Source: Candidatus Nanohaloarchaea archaeon
GTDB lineage: Archaea; Nanohalarchaeota; Nanosalinia; Nanosalinales; Nanosalinaceae
Length of the DNA: 64,000 bases
NCBI GenBank assembly: GCA_042218325.1
Contig: JBDGRE010000001.1
Span: forward strand, 132,356-196,355
Direction of reading: 5' to 3'
In this document: positions 36,416-45,399 of the stretch, one piece after another
How the letters are laid out: each line of letters opens with the position of its first letter
Numbering within the stretch: the stretch's first letter is position 1
Notes under the pieces: generated by a model
Database searches by the model: none
Told to the model about the DNA's origin: nothing
Seen by the model: the letters and a program-made list of their open reading frames with translations, nothing else
Position numbers and translations under genes: made by a program

Positions 36416-38561
36416 CGTAGTCTTCCGCGATAAGGTCACGGATTTTGCCTGCGGTCTTGTCTCCTATCCCCTTCACGTTCATCAGTTCTGTCTTCGAAGC
36501 GGTAAATACTTTTTCGATGCTGCCGAACTCCTCGAGCAGCCGCTCCGCTATCTTGGTGTTCACGTCGGGCAGCCCCGCGACCACGAACTCCTTCATCTCC
36601 TTCCGGGCCTTTGGCGTCTTCTCGCCCCTGATCGCGAGCTCCCTCTCGTTCTCCTCCTGCTCGCGCTTCGCCAGCGACTTCAGCAGTTCCGCGGTCTCGT
36701 CCTCGTCGCTGCTCCACAGTATCGGCACCTGGTACTCTATACTGATGCTCGACAAAGCGCCGCGGATGGCGTTCGGGTGTACATCCCTGTGCTTGTAAAG
36801 GTCCTCACCCTCGATAAGGAGAACGGGCCGCTCGAACTGCTGCATCTCCTCCAGCTGCGTGAAAAGCCGCTGGTCCAGCATCGAGTCCACGAAGTCGTCC
36901 GCCCGCTTCCGCTCGACCGCGGTCCTGTCGGATACCAGGAAGTCGCCGATGTCCAGCCGTTTCTTCCTGACGGTAACCTCCATCTTCGACAGCTTTTTCG
37001 CCACGCTGTTTTCCCGGTCGTCGGCGTATATCACCAGCCCGGAGTCTTCGTCCCCGAAGCCGTCCAGCGTTCTCTGCTTTTCCTCTTCCATCTCTCTACC
37101 CGCGTCTTTCAACTCTTCAAGCACCTCGTTCATCCGTTTCTTCTTGTGGTGGGAGCTCCAGTAGTTGCCCTCGTCACGTGTGTTTTCGGCTATCAAGACA
37201 TAAACCTCTCCCTCCTGCTGCCGGCCTGTCCTCCCGGAGCGCTGGATGTCGCGGATGCCCGAGGCCACTGGCTCGTAGAATATGACGTAGTCGACCGCCG
37301 GTATGTCGAGTCCCTCCTCGCCTATCGACGTGGAGACCAGGACGTCAAACTTCCCGGAGTCGAACGCCTCCAGCACCTCCAGCTGCTTGTTCTGCGTCAT
37401 CCCATTATCGCCCTGCTGGCCGACGAACATCACCGCGTTATGCCCTGAGGAGTTCAGCTCCTCGGCGATCTTCTCCGCCGAGCTCCGGTACTCGGTGAAC
37501 ACCATCGCCTTCTCATCGCTGTCTTTCTCCTCCAGTATCTCCCGCAGTCTGTCGAGCTTGGGGTGCTCCTCACCCCTCTTCTTGAGGTACTCCACCATCG
37601 ATTTTGCGCCCTGGAAATCCTCGTCGTTCAGCGCCCGTGACGCGGCTTTTGAATCGTCGCGTTTCAGGCCGTCGATGTAGTTGTACGCCTGTGAGACTCC
37701 CTGTGTCTCCAGCAGCTCTATGGCCTGAGATATCTTCAGCGCGGTGGCGACCCGTGAGACCGCGGAGTAAAGCTTCGGGTCGTCCTCCGTCGATAGCCGG
37801 GAGCTCAGCTCGCCTCTCAGTTTCAGCAGGTCCTTCTTGTACACACTGCTGGCGGAGTCGATGATACCCATAGATTTCAGTTTCTCGAGCTGCGTCCTCT
37901 TGGCTTTCTCCATGCCGTTCTTGGCCTCCTCGAACCGGTTGTCGAGCGATACCCGGGTCCAGTTGACGTTCTTCTCCTCCATGTAGGGCTCCACGTCCGG
38001 GTCGTCCTCGGTGCGGACCTCGAAGTTCTCGATGTCCAGGTTGTCCGCCACCCTCATTATCTTCTCTTTGTCGCCGCCCGGTGAAGCGGTCAGCGCGAGC
38101 TTGTGCGCCGCGAACTTTTCCGATATGAAGACGTAGCTGTACTCTCCTGTGGCGCGGTGGGCCTCGTCGAATATCACCAGCTCGAACTCTTCCCGCGGTA
38201 TCTCGTCTGCTATCAGGTCGTTCTCAACCACCTGCGGAGTCGCGAAGAACGCCTTTTTCTGCTTCCACAGCTCGTACCGTTTATCAGGCCGCGTGTCACC
38301 GGTCATCACCACCATCTCGTCGCGGTCCACCTCGAGCAGGTCGTCGAAGGTCTCGAGGTGCTGCTCCACCAGCGGCCGTGTCGGCGCGAGGAAAAGAACC
38401 TTGCCCGAGTCGAGTTTCTGGGAGGCGACCATCGCCGCGATGACGGTCTTTCCTAGGCCGGTGGGAAGTACGACGAGGGTGTTCGAGTCGCGGGCGGAGG
38501 CGGCTATGACCTCCTGGTAGGTCCTCGACTCAAGTTCACCGGTTTTCAGAAGCTGGCTCAC
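36408..38561 (-). CDS. hef: Hef helicase-nuclease (FANCM-like SF2 helicase plus ERCC4 nuclease plus HhH)
   Basis: LPTGLGKT, FDEAHRA, LTASPG, QRSGRTGR, DDRE, GDF...VERK and HhH VKGIG. Confidence 0.95.
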   Translation of the reverse strand: MSQLLKTGELESRTYQEVIAASARDSNTLVVLPTGLGKTVIAAMVASQKLDSGKVLFLAPTRPLVEQHLETFDDLLEVDRDEMVVMTGDTRPDKRYELWKQKKAFFATPQVVENDLIADEIPREEFELVIFDEAHRATGEYSYVFISEKFAAHKLALTASPGGDKEKIMRVADNLDIENFEVRTEDDPDVEPYMEEKNVNWTRVSLDNRFEEAKNGMEKAKRTQLEKLKSMGIIDSASSVYKKDLLKLRGELSSRLSTEDDPKLYSAVSRVATALKISQAIELLETQGVSQAYNYIDGLKRDDSKAASRALNDEDFQGAKSMVEYLKKRGEEHPKLDRLREILEEKDSDEKAMVFTEYRSSAEKIAEELNSSGHNAVMFVGQQGDNGMTQNKQLEVLEAFDSGKFDVLVSTSIGEEGLDIPAVDYVIFYEPVASGIRDIQRSGRTGRQQEGEVYVLIAENTRDEGNYWSSHHKKKRMNEVLEELKDAGREMEEEKQRTLDGFGDEDSGLVIYADDRENSVAKKLSKMEVTVRKKRLDIGDFLVSDRTAVERKRADDFVDSMLDQRLFTQLEEMQQFERPVLLIEGEDLYKHRDVHPNAIRGALSSISIEYQVPILWSSDEDETAELLKSLAKREQEENERELAIRGEKTPKARKEMKEFVVAGLPDVNTKIAERLLEEFGSIEKVFTASKTELMNVKGIGDKTAGKIRDLIAEDYDA

Positions 38562-38597
38562 GTCTGGTATTTGCCCGTGAAATTTGATAAACCGGTA

Positions 38598-39110
38598 TCA
38601 TCGTACCTGGATCCCTGGCCGGGCAGGTACCTCTATCATCCTGAGAGCCCGGAAGAACACCAGGCTTCCCAGTATAAACGCTCCTGAGGCCTTCATCATC
38701 GTGGCATCCACCGGGAGACCGGTCTGGACCACGACCACGGTGACGTACGCCAGCGGATAGACTATGTCGGCGCTGGAGGCCCTGAACGCGATCCCGGGAG
38801 ACCATTTATGGTAGAAGTCCATGTAGCCGACGAAGGCTCCCGCGGTGACGAGGAAGTATGCGGCGTATCGTTCCGTGGCGGTGTCGATGGCGCCGGCCAG
38901 CAGAAGGTTGAGACCTGTCGCGACCCAGAGGACCGCGTTGCCGACGGACGTGTTCCATCCGAGCGACTCGTTCACATGCTTCCCGAAGTAGAGCTCTATC
39001 ACGAAAGCACCGAGTATCAGCGGAAGCAGCTCCGGTAACAGTCCCGGGTTCTCCAACGGCGCGAACACGAGCTCGAGTACGCGCTCCTGCAGGCTGGCTC
39101 CTGTATGCAT
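38598..39110 (-). CDS. Multi-TM membrane protein
   Basis: About 5 TMs and an ELYFG...E.LGWNT motif. Start overlaps the stop of the ATPase gene. Confidence 0.75.
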   Translation of the reverse strand: MHTGASLQERVLELVFAPLENPGLLPELLPLILGAFVIELYFGKHVNESLGWNTSVGNAVLWVATGLNLLLAGAIDTATERYAAYFLVTAGAFVGYMDFYHKWSPGIAFRASSADIVYPLAYVTVVVVQTGLPVDATMMKASGAFILGSLVFFRALRMIEVPARPGIQVR

Positions 39111-40369
39111 CAGTCTTCGAAAGCGTCCGGTGTTCCTCCGGCGTGCCAGGATTTTCTGGGCCGTATCTGCAGCGGGTAGATGCGTTCCGAGTTATCGTCC
39201 AGTATCAGGCCGGTTCCCACGCGGTCCGGCAGCGCGTCGATGTAGTGGTCTATATCGTGCCGCATGTAGGTGTGCATGATGTTGCCGAGCGCGTCGATGT
39301 CCTGGCTCGCGGTCAGCCGATGGGAAAGGATGAGATCGCACTGCGAAAGCGCGTCCGGGTGCAGTTTCGCGGGCTGCTGCGTCGCCAGCCCCAGGCAAAC
39401 GCCGGGTTCACGACCGATTTTCACCCACCGCATCAACGGGTGCGACGCCGCGGTCTCGCCCTCCGCAGGTAAGAACTCGTGGGCCTCGTCTATCAGCATC
39501 CATACGATAGGCATCTCGTTCTCCGCGATGCCCTCCATCTCATCGATCTCCTCTATTCTTCTCGCCGTCATGCGTTCCCTGAGTATCTTTTTCGCCAATA
39601 ACCCTACCACGAGCGCTCTTACCGACCAGCCAGAGCCCATCTCGCCGAAAACCGAGACGTCCAGAACGGAGAGGCCGCCGCGCTGCGTCAGCTTGTCAAG
39701 CGAAGATTCCTCGCCGAATATACCCCAGTCCTTCGCGCTCATGAAACGGTTCTCCAGCCGTCTCTTGACCTCCTCCGGGAAGTCGAACCTGTCGATAAGC
39801 CTCATCATGTCGTCGATACTGTAATCATCCATCTCCTCCTCCAGCTTTGTCAGCATCCGCTCAAGCAGGATACCCGCCTCCGAGTTCATCTCGATGCCGA
39901 ACGCCATCGCCCATTCCTGGGCCGACAGCTCCGCCGGGTTCAGCGTGAACGTGTCGTCATACGGCATCTCCCTCTCCTCGAAGTGCTGAGTCTTGCCCTC
40001 CGGGATGAAGACCTCTGCCTCAAATGCTTCCGGCTTCTGGTCCCAGTTCTCGAGCTCCGTCGCCTGCCTGTCGTTAGGTCTCTTCATCGACCAGTAGATA
40101 CCCATCGGGTCGACGATGATGGTCGAAAGATTGTCCGCGATATCCGCGTTCTGGAGCTCCTCCGCGATGACACCCATCGAGTACGATTTACCGGTGCCAC
40201 GTTTCCCGAAGATGCCCATGACGTGTGGCCGTGCGAGGTCGAAGTAGATAGGGTTGGCCTTGTGTGCCTCCTCGTTCTCCCCGACGAGATGCTTGCCGAT
40301 CACGCCGGTGCCTTTCAGGCCGTGCTCCTCCCTGTCCTCTTCGTCGCGGCCGACGGATATCTTGGGCAT
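39110..40369 (-). CDS. HerA/FtsK-superfamily ATPase (DUF87 type)
   Basis: GKRGTGKSY, VDPMG, LIDEAHEF, GREPG and ATQQP. Confidence 0.9.
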   Translation of the reverse strand: MPKISVGRDEEDREEHGLKGTGVIGKHLVGENEEAHKANPIYFDLARPHVMGIFGKRGTGKSYSMGVIAEELQNADIADNLSTIIVDPMGIYWSMKRPNDRQATELENWDQKPEAFEAEVFIPEGKTQHFEEREMPYDDTFTLNPAELSAQEWAMAFGIEMNSEAGILLERMLTKLEEEMDDYSIDDMMRLIDRFDFPEEVKRRLENRFMSAKDWGIFGEESSLDKLTQRGGLSVLDVSVFGEMGSGWSVRALVVGLLAKKILRERMTARRIEEIDEMEGIAENEMPIVWMLIDEAHEFLPAEGETAASHPLMRWVKIGREPGVCLGLATQQPAKLHPDALSQCDLILSHRLTASQDIDALGNIMHTYMRHDIDHYIDALPDRVGTGLILDDNSERIYPLQIRPRKSWHAGGTPDAFED

Positions 40370-40401
40370 ACGGAAGGTTTGCCTGCCGCGAATATAAAAT
40401 C

Positions 40402-41007
40402 TCAGACGGTGAGCACGGCGCCGATGATTGAAAGACCCATCAATAAGAGCCAGGTGAAACCGCCCCATCTAAGGATGTAGGCGCCGTCAAGTGCTCCTGT
40501 GGGTATGTCCTCGTAGTCGAATGGAAGCAGCTGGAACAGGGTGAAAAGGATGTATCCTGTTGCAAGCCTGTCGAAGCCGAGCTGCCACGTGGCCAGCCAG
40601 CCCGCGAACAGCGCGATTATGCCCCCGAGGACTATCCAGAACTGCCGTTTCATCCAGATAGCGTCTATTGTTTTGCCCCAGTGCTCGTAGCTCTTCCCGG
40701 AGAAGCTGGATGTAAGAGGCAAAAGCGCCACGATAGGAGTGCTGGTGAGGTAGGCGGTCATGGCGGCCAGGACCGTGATGGATGCTCCCTCCATGGAGAG
40801 CTCCACGTCGATGTACGCGTCTATCCACTCTGCTACTGTCCTCTGCCCGAACTCCCGCGTCAGTATGACGGCTGCCGACACGCCGAGCCAGGCCAGTGCC
40901 GGGACCACGTCCCGGGTCTGGCTGAAGGCCGCAAGTCCCGCGGCGACGACGAGAACGGCGACCGCGAGGTTCTTGACCTCTTCCTCCGACAGGAGGTAGC
41001 TGTCCAT
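40402..41007 (-). CDS. Site-2 protease (M50)-like membrane protein with degenerate active site
   Basis: REFGQ occupies the HExxH position, and QLLP...LDG matches the NxxP...LDG motif. Confidence 0.6.
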   Translation of the reverse strand: MDSYLLSEEEVKNLAVAVLVVAAGLAAFSQTRDVVPALAWLGVSAAVILTREFGQRTVAEWIDAYIDVELSMEGASITVLAAMTAYLTSTPIVALLPLTSSFSGKSYEHWGKTIDAIWMKRQFWIVLGGIIALFAGWLATWQLGFDRLATGYILFTLFQLLPFDYEDIPTGALDGAYILRWGGFTWLLLMGLSIIGAVLTV

Positions 41008-41042
41008 AACTGGGAATTCGTCCGCGCCGGTTAAAAAAACGA

Positions 41043-41522
41043 CTATATATCCAGGTTGAGGCAGAGCTCGGCTATCGAGTAGCTCTCGCTGTCCCTCAGT
41101 ATCTCGGGATGCTCCCGTATCTCGTCTAGATGCAGCCCGGTCTCGTCCTCCTCGAAACGCTGTCTCACTATCTCCCACGGCACGATGTACGCCTCCCTCG
41201 GCCTTCCACGGCCTTTCTTGATCTCCACCGCGAGAAGTCCTTTGCGACCGGAGCGGTCGAGGAAGTCGCTGATGCGGTCAATTTGGTGGCCGCCGTCGCT
41301 CATGGAGAAATGCTGCGAGAAGTACAGTTTGTTGGTCGAGGACTCCTTGACTGATTTGTTCTCGATGGCGAGGTAGAACATCTCGTGCTCCGAGTCGACC
41401 AGCACGTCGCACAGCTGGGAGCTGAAACGGTGCTGCTTCTTCCGGTGTGCGATACCGTCGATATCCTCATCCTCGAAGAAGTCGTTGAAGGCGTTGACGA
41501 GCTCCCGCTCGAACTCTGTCAT
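41043..41522 (-). CDS. PD-(D/E)xK nuclease, Holliday junction resolvase-like
   Basis: FERELV...CDVLVD...AIENKS, and the G..AVE pattern. Confidence 0.7.
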   Translation of the reverse strand: MTEFERELVNAFNDFFEDEDIDGIAHRKKQHRFSSQLCDVLVDSEHEMFYLAIENKSVKESSTNKLYFSQHFSMSDGGHQIDRISDFLDRSGRKGLLAVEIKKGRGRPREAYIVPWEIVRQRFEEDETGLHLDEIREHPEILRDSESYSIAELCLNLDI

Positions 41523-41545
41523 GTAGAAAAGTAGGCCGCGCAAGG

Positions 41546-42370
41546 TTAAAAGCGTTCCAGAGAATCCTCCACAATCTCCACGGCCTCGTCGTGGAACTCT
41601 TCTGAAGACGCCACCACCATGTCTTGGTCGGTAGCTGTCCCGAGCACGTCTATCTCCCCGCCGGCCTCCTCAAGTATGGTCCTGCCCGCGGCGTAGTCCC
41701 ACTCGCCCAGGAAGTCCGCCAGTAGCGACATGTCGCCACCTGCTATCCGGCATATATCAAGCGCCGCGGCTCCCGACGCACGGTGGACCATCTCCCTGCC
41801 GCTGAACCTCGATATAGTCTCGAGCTGCACTTCCCTCTTGTCGGGCTCCCCGTCCCGGACGTAGGTGGTGTAAAGCTCTCCCTTCATCTCCCCGGTCGAG
41901 ACCGATAACCGCTCGCCTTCCTCCGCATTGATATCTTCCAACCGGAACGCACCGTGGTCCTCAAGCCCAATAAACGTCTCGTCCAGCCCGGTAACCGGGG
42001 AGTGCACCACTCCGAGAACGCCGCTTTTCCCGATTCTCAGGCCTATCGAGGTGCAGAAGTAGTCGAGGCCGTGGAAGAAGTTCATGGTGCCGTCGATGGG
42101 GTCGATGACCCAGACGCGGTCGCTGTGGTCCTCTGAAAGCTGCTGTTCCTCGGCCTTTATCGCGTCGCCGGGGAAACGGTCCCGGATGACCTCGACTATC
42201 TTCTCCTGGACCTCAAGGTCAGCCTCCGTCACTATATCGCTGTAAGATGCCTTCCTGCCGTCGACCTCTATCTTCCCGCGGCGGTACCTGTCGATTATCT
42301 TTCCCGCCTTCCGCGCCGCGTCCCTCGCGGCCTCCAGCTCCTCGCTGTACGGGCTGTCGTCGAAGTTCAC
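41546..42370 (-). CDS. Inositol monophosphatase family protein
   Basis: VTEAD, AEE, WVIDPIDGTMNF, GAAALD and WDYAAG. Confidence 0.92.
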   Translation of the reverse strand: MNFDDSPYSEELEAARDAARKAGKIIDRYRRGKIEVDGRKASYSDIVTEADLEVQEKIVEVIRDRFPGDAIKAEEQQLSEDHSDRVWVIDPIDGTMNFFHGLDYFCTSIGLRIGKSGVLGVVHSPVTGLDETFIGLEDHGAFRLEDINAEEGERLSVSTGEMKGELYTTYVRDGEPDKREVQLETISRFSGREMVHRASGAAALDICRIAGGDMSLLADFLGEWDYAAGRTILEEAGGEIDVLGTATDQDMVVASSEEFHDEAVEIVEDSLERF

Positions 42371-42990
42371 TTGCCGCCCTCCACCTCCAGCATCTCTACC
42401 AGGTCTTTACGGTGTGCCGCGCCCACGAACGCAACGATATCCGCGTCCGGCTCCTGCTCCTCGAGACTCCGCAGGTACTCCGCCATCACCTGGTTCCGCT
42501 CCACCACGAGAACGCGGTAAAGGCCCGGGTAGCGGTCCTCCAGCTCGTCCAGAAGCTCCTGTATAAGCTGCTCGTCCGGTATCTCCGACACGTCGAAACT
42601 GTCGCCGGGCATCAGGAAGCCAAGGCCCGACTCCATGACGGCACGGACCTTCTCCTTCCGCGACACTTCTTTCAGCCTGTCCACGGTGAACCTGATATCC
42701 TGGTCGATAAGCGCGACCTCTCGGCCCTCGGCGATAGATTTCCTGTACGCGTAAAGCATCTCCTCCCCCGGCATCACACCGGTCTTCTCGCCGATGAAGT
42801 CCTGGAACTTCTTCACCAGCTTCAGGAACACAGGGCTTCCCTCGGTCGAATCATAACCGTTCAGAAGCGCGTCGAGGCGGGTCATGTCGAGCTCCAGCGC
42901 CACTATATCCGGGTCGTGCTGCTCTATCTTCTCGTTTATCAGCTCCATGCTGTCCTCCGAGACGTGAGAGGTGCCGTAGATGTGTATCAA
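42367..42990 (-). CDS. TraB/GumN family protein
   Basis: GTSHVS, VALELD..R, PGEEM, LIDQDI, ERNQVMA and VGAAH. TTG start with a GAGGAG SD. Confidence 0.88.
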   Translation of the reverse strand: MIHIYGTSHVSEDSMELINEKIEQHDPDIVALELDMTRLDALLNGYDSTEGSPVFLKLVKKFQDFIGEKTGVMPGEEMLYAYRKSIAEGREVALIDQDIRFTVDRLKEVSRKEKVRAVMESGLGFLMPGDSFDVSEIPDEQLIQELLDELEDRYPGLYRVLVVERNQVMAEYLRSLEEQEPDADIVAFVGAAHRKDLVEMLEVEGGK

Positions 42991-43055
42991 GGAATCAACT
43001 CCTCGGGAACACGGTTCGACCTCAAAAGTTGTAAAACCAACAGTGCGGGAAAAAT

Positions 43056-43322
43056 AGTGGTTCCCGGGGGTGGACGCCTCCCTGCGGCTGGTACCGCGGA
43101 CTGGCCTCGGGCCCGCCACCCTCCGAACAGACTGGACGATGCTTAGGGCTGCTCCCGTCAGGGCCTGGCCCGGTTCACACCGTACAGGCTCCCGGAGGAC
43201 GCGCCGTCAGCAGCCAGCGACCACGGCCCTGGCCACAGCGAGAACGCCGCCCACCCGGTTGACGGCCCCGGCATCACGAGGATCTCCGGTTACAGGCGAC
43301 CCCAACCGCCCGGCCTACCACC
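43056..43322 (-). ncRNA. ffs: Archaeal signal recognition particle RNA
   Basis: 5' GGUGGUAGGCCGGGCGG Alu-type start and helix 8 GAACCGGGCCAGGCCC-UGAC-GGGAGCAGCCCUA. The ends pair (GGUGGU/ACCACU) and a T-run follows. Confidence 0.9.
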
Positions 43323-43399
43323 TAAAAAAGCGGAGGTGAAGCTTAAAGGAAGATGGGGACGGGAAAGAGATTTAAATATTGTCGCTACTAAGAGGTAAT

Positions 43400-43780
43400 A
43401 TGAGAACGGAGACTTTCTCAAACCCTGAAATCTATGAGTTAAGTGGAACTCAGTACTTTGACTTTGTGGTGGCTAAAGCAGACGACTTGGAAGATGTTGC
43501 CCAAGAGCTCGATTACCATAGAGAGTTTCTGGATGAGGGTTATCCAATTCAGTTTAGATATGAGGAACTCCCGAAAGGTCCGGCTGAAACTGGTGAATTT
43601 CTGGCAGATGTTCAGGTAGGGAATAAGTCAGTTAGCGTTAAGGAGACGGAAGAATCTGAACTTTTCGATTTCGCACAACAGGTCCGGGCAGACAACGAGG
43701 AACTTGATGAGCAGATTTACTTCGGGGGAGCGGTAAAGTCTACTTCACCTCTTGAGCGTCTTAGATCTCTGCTTTCCTGA
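43400..43780 (+). CDS. Hypothetical acidic protein (AT-richer codon usage)
   Basis: ORF with a GAGGT SD and an upstream TTTAAATA box. Confidence 0.65.
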   Translation: MRTETFSNPEIYELSGTQYFDFVVAKADDLEDVAQELDYHREFLDEGYPIQFRYEELPKGPAETGEFLADVQVGNKSVSVKETEESELFDFAQQVRADNEELDEQIYFGGAVKSTSPLERLRSLLS

Positions 43781-43781
43781 C

Positions 43782-44588
43782 CTATATCTCAAACGTGTCG
43801 CCTTTTTCGACGATGTCAAAGCCGCGGGCCTGCATCTCTTCGCGTTCTTCTGTGCCTTCCCGGAGGACGGGGTTGGTGTGGTTCATGTGGATGAAGTAGA
43901 TATCTGTATCGAAGTCCTCCATCCGGTCCATCGTGTCTTCGATAGTGGGGTGTGGGACTTCTTCGTACCGGTCGAGCTCCTGCTTGTCCCAGAATGTGCC
44001 GTCGACGATGGCGATGTCGGCTTCTTTCACGGACTCTATGGTTTCGCCCGTCCATTCGTCGATGTCGCTCATGTAGAACAGTTTCTCTTCCTCTCCCTGT
44101 ATCATGAAGGAGACGGTGTCCGTGTTGACGTAGCGGTGGAGCACGTTCCTTATCTCGACGGATCCTCCCTGTATCTCCACTTTTTCGCCGTTCTTGACCT
44201 CGTTTATCTCTATCTGGTTCCTGTCGGATAGAAGCCGGAACGGGTCATTGTTCATCAGGAACTGCCGCATCTCTGGTGTGCAGTAGACCGGTAGGTCGTC
44301 CGTGTCGAGGCATTCGGTGCCGAAGAAGGGCAGTCCTGCGACGTGGCCGAGATGGCCGTGGGATACGAATACGCCGTCGAGGTAGTCTCCTTTTATCTGG
44401 AACCTTATGTCCGGTGTGGCGTCGATAAGATATCTTACGGTGTTGTCATCGCTGGTCTCTTTCAGCATGAGGGCGCCAACGTATCGCTGCTCTCTCGGGT
44501 CTTCCCTTGCTGCCTCGCATACGTCACATTCGCAGCCGAGGTGCGGCACTCCCCCGTCTTGAACGTTTCCAAGGACTTCTACTCTCAT
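43782..44588 (-). CDS. Metallo-beta-lactamase-fold hydrolase (PqqB-like)
   Basis: LGNVQDGGVPHLGC.C..C, IDATPD, SHGHLGHVAGL, DGTFW and HMNHTNP. Confidence 0.88.
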   Translation of the reverse strand: MRVEVLGNVQDGGVPHLGCECDVCEAAREDPREQRYVGALMLKETSDDNTVRYLIDATPDIRFQIKGDYLDGVFVSHGHLGHVAGLPFFGTECLDTDDLPVYCTPEMRQFLMNNDPFRLLSDRNQIEINEVKNGEKVEIQGGSVEIRNVLHRYVNTDTVSFMIQGEEEKLFYMSDIDEWTGETIESVKEADIAIVDGTFWDKQELDRYEEVPHPTIEDTMDRMEDFDTDIYFIHMNHTNPVLREGTEEREEMQARGFDIVEKGDTFEI

Positions 44589-44810
44589 TTCTTGGCCCTC
44601 CCCCGGTTTATCTGGGATGGTTTCCCCAGTCAACTGTTATAAAGGAAACCCGTTGCTGGCCTGTGCCCGGCACACTTAAGAAGTTAAAAGGCTCCCGCGC
44701 CAATTTTTGGGTATGAACAGTGATCGTTTTTGTCTGCGCCACAGTTTTTGAGCCTGCGAACTCCTCGATTCCTGTTATAAAATCTGGCTTCGACCGTTTC
44801 CATATCGATT

Positions 44811-44883
44811 TGCCGGGATGGCAGAGAACGCACCTTTCGGTGCTCGATCTGCGCACCCGAGAGAAGATGCCGGGATGGCAGAG
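44811..44883 (+). repeat. 16-bp direct repeat of the tRNA-Cys 5' end
   Basis: TGCCGGGATGGCAGAG at 44811-44826 and 44868-44883. Confidence 0.9.
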
Positions 44884-44939
44884 TAGTTATGCGACCGCCT
44901 GCAGAGCGGTCGACCCGGGTGCAAATCCCGGTCCCGGCT
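44869..44939 (+). tRNA. tRNA-Cys(GCA)
   Basis: Acceptor GCCGGGA/TCCCGGC with U73, anticodon arm ACCGC-CTGCAGA-GCGGT and T arm CCGGG-TGCAAAT-CCCGG. CCA not encoded. Confidence 0.95.
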
Positions 44940-44955
44940 TTTACGGGGTGGTGGC

Positions 44956-45384
44956 GTGAAGAGCTACGAGGATACCACCGATGTAGTCGTACTCGCTATA
45001 TACCATGCGGAGGAGGACGGCAACTACTATCTCATAGCGCGGAAAAGGAAGAACGAGTTCTGGGAGTTCGTCGGCGGGAAGGTCAAGAAGGGAGAGTCAT
45101 ACGAGGAAGCAGCGTTGCGGGAGCTGGAGGACGAGATAGAGATCGACTGGGACCTCGATGCTGTAGAGGTGAAGAAGGTCGGCGAACCGTACAAGAGCCC
45201 GGAGAACCCGGTGTACAATCTTTACCCGGTGCTGCTAGAGATCCCTTCGGAGACCGCCTGGGAGCTCGGGGACGAGGACCTGGGAAAGGAGCATGACAGC
45301 CTTGCGTGGATAACTGTCGACCAGCTCGACGACTACGATACGATGCACCAGGAGAAGGCGCTTGAACTGCTCGGCATCACCTGA
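44956..45384 (+). CDS. Nudix hydrolase
   Basis: WEFVGGKVKKGESYEEAALRELEDEI. Confidence 0.9.
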   Translation: MKSYEDTTDVVVLAIYHAEEDGNYYLIARKRKNEFWEFVGGKVKKGESYEEAALRELEDEIEIDWDLDAVEVKKVGEPYKSPENPVYNLYPVLLEIPSETAWELGDEDLGKEHDSLAWITVDQLDDYDTMHQEKALELLGIT

Positions 45385-45399
45385 ACCGGGCTATCGGTT

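Noticed and set aside
42991-43339. ORF 43070-43339 and the N-terminal extension of the TraB ORF
   Set aside because: They overlap the SRP RNA gene and have a non-acidic, Arg/Pro-rich composition.
43782-44588. PQQ biosynthesis
   Set aside because: Only a PqqB-like MBL hydrolase is present, with no pqqA/C/D/E nearby.
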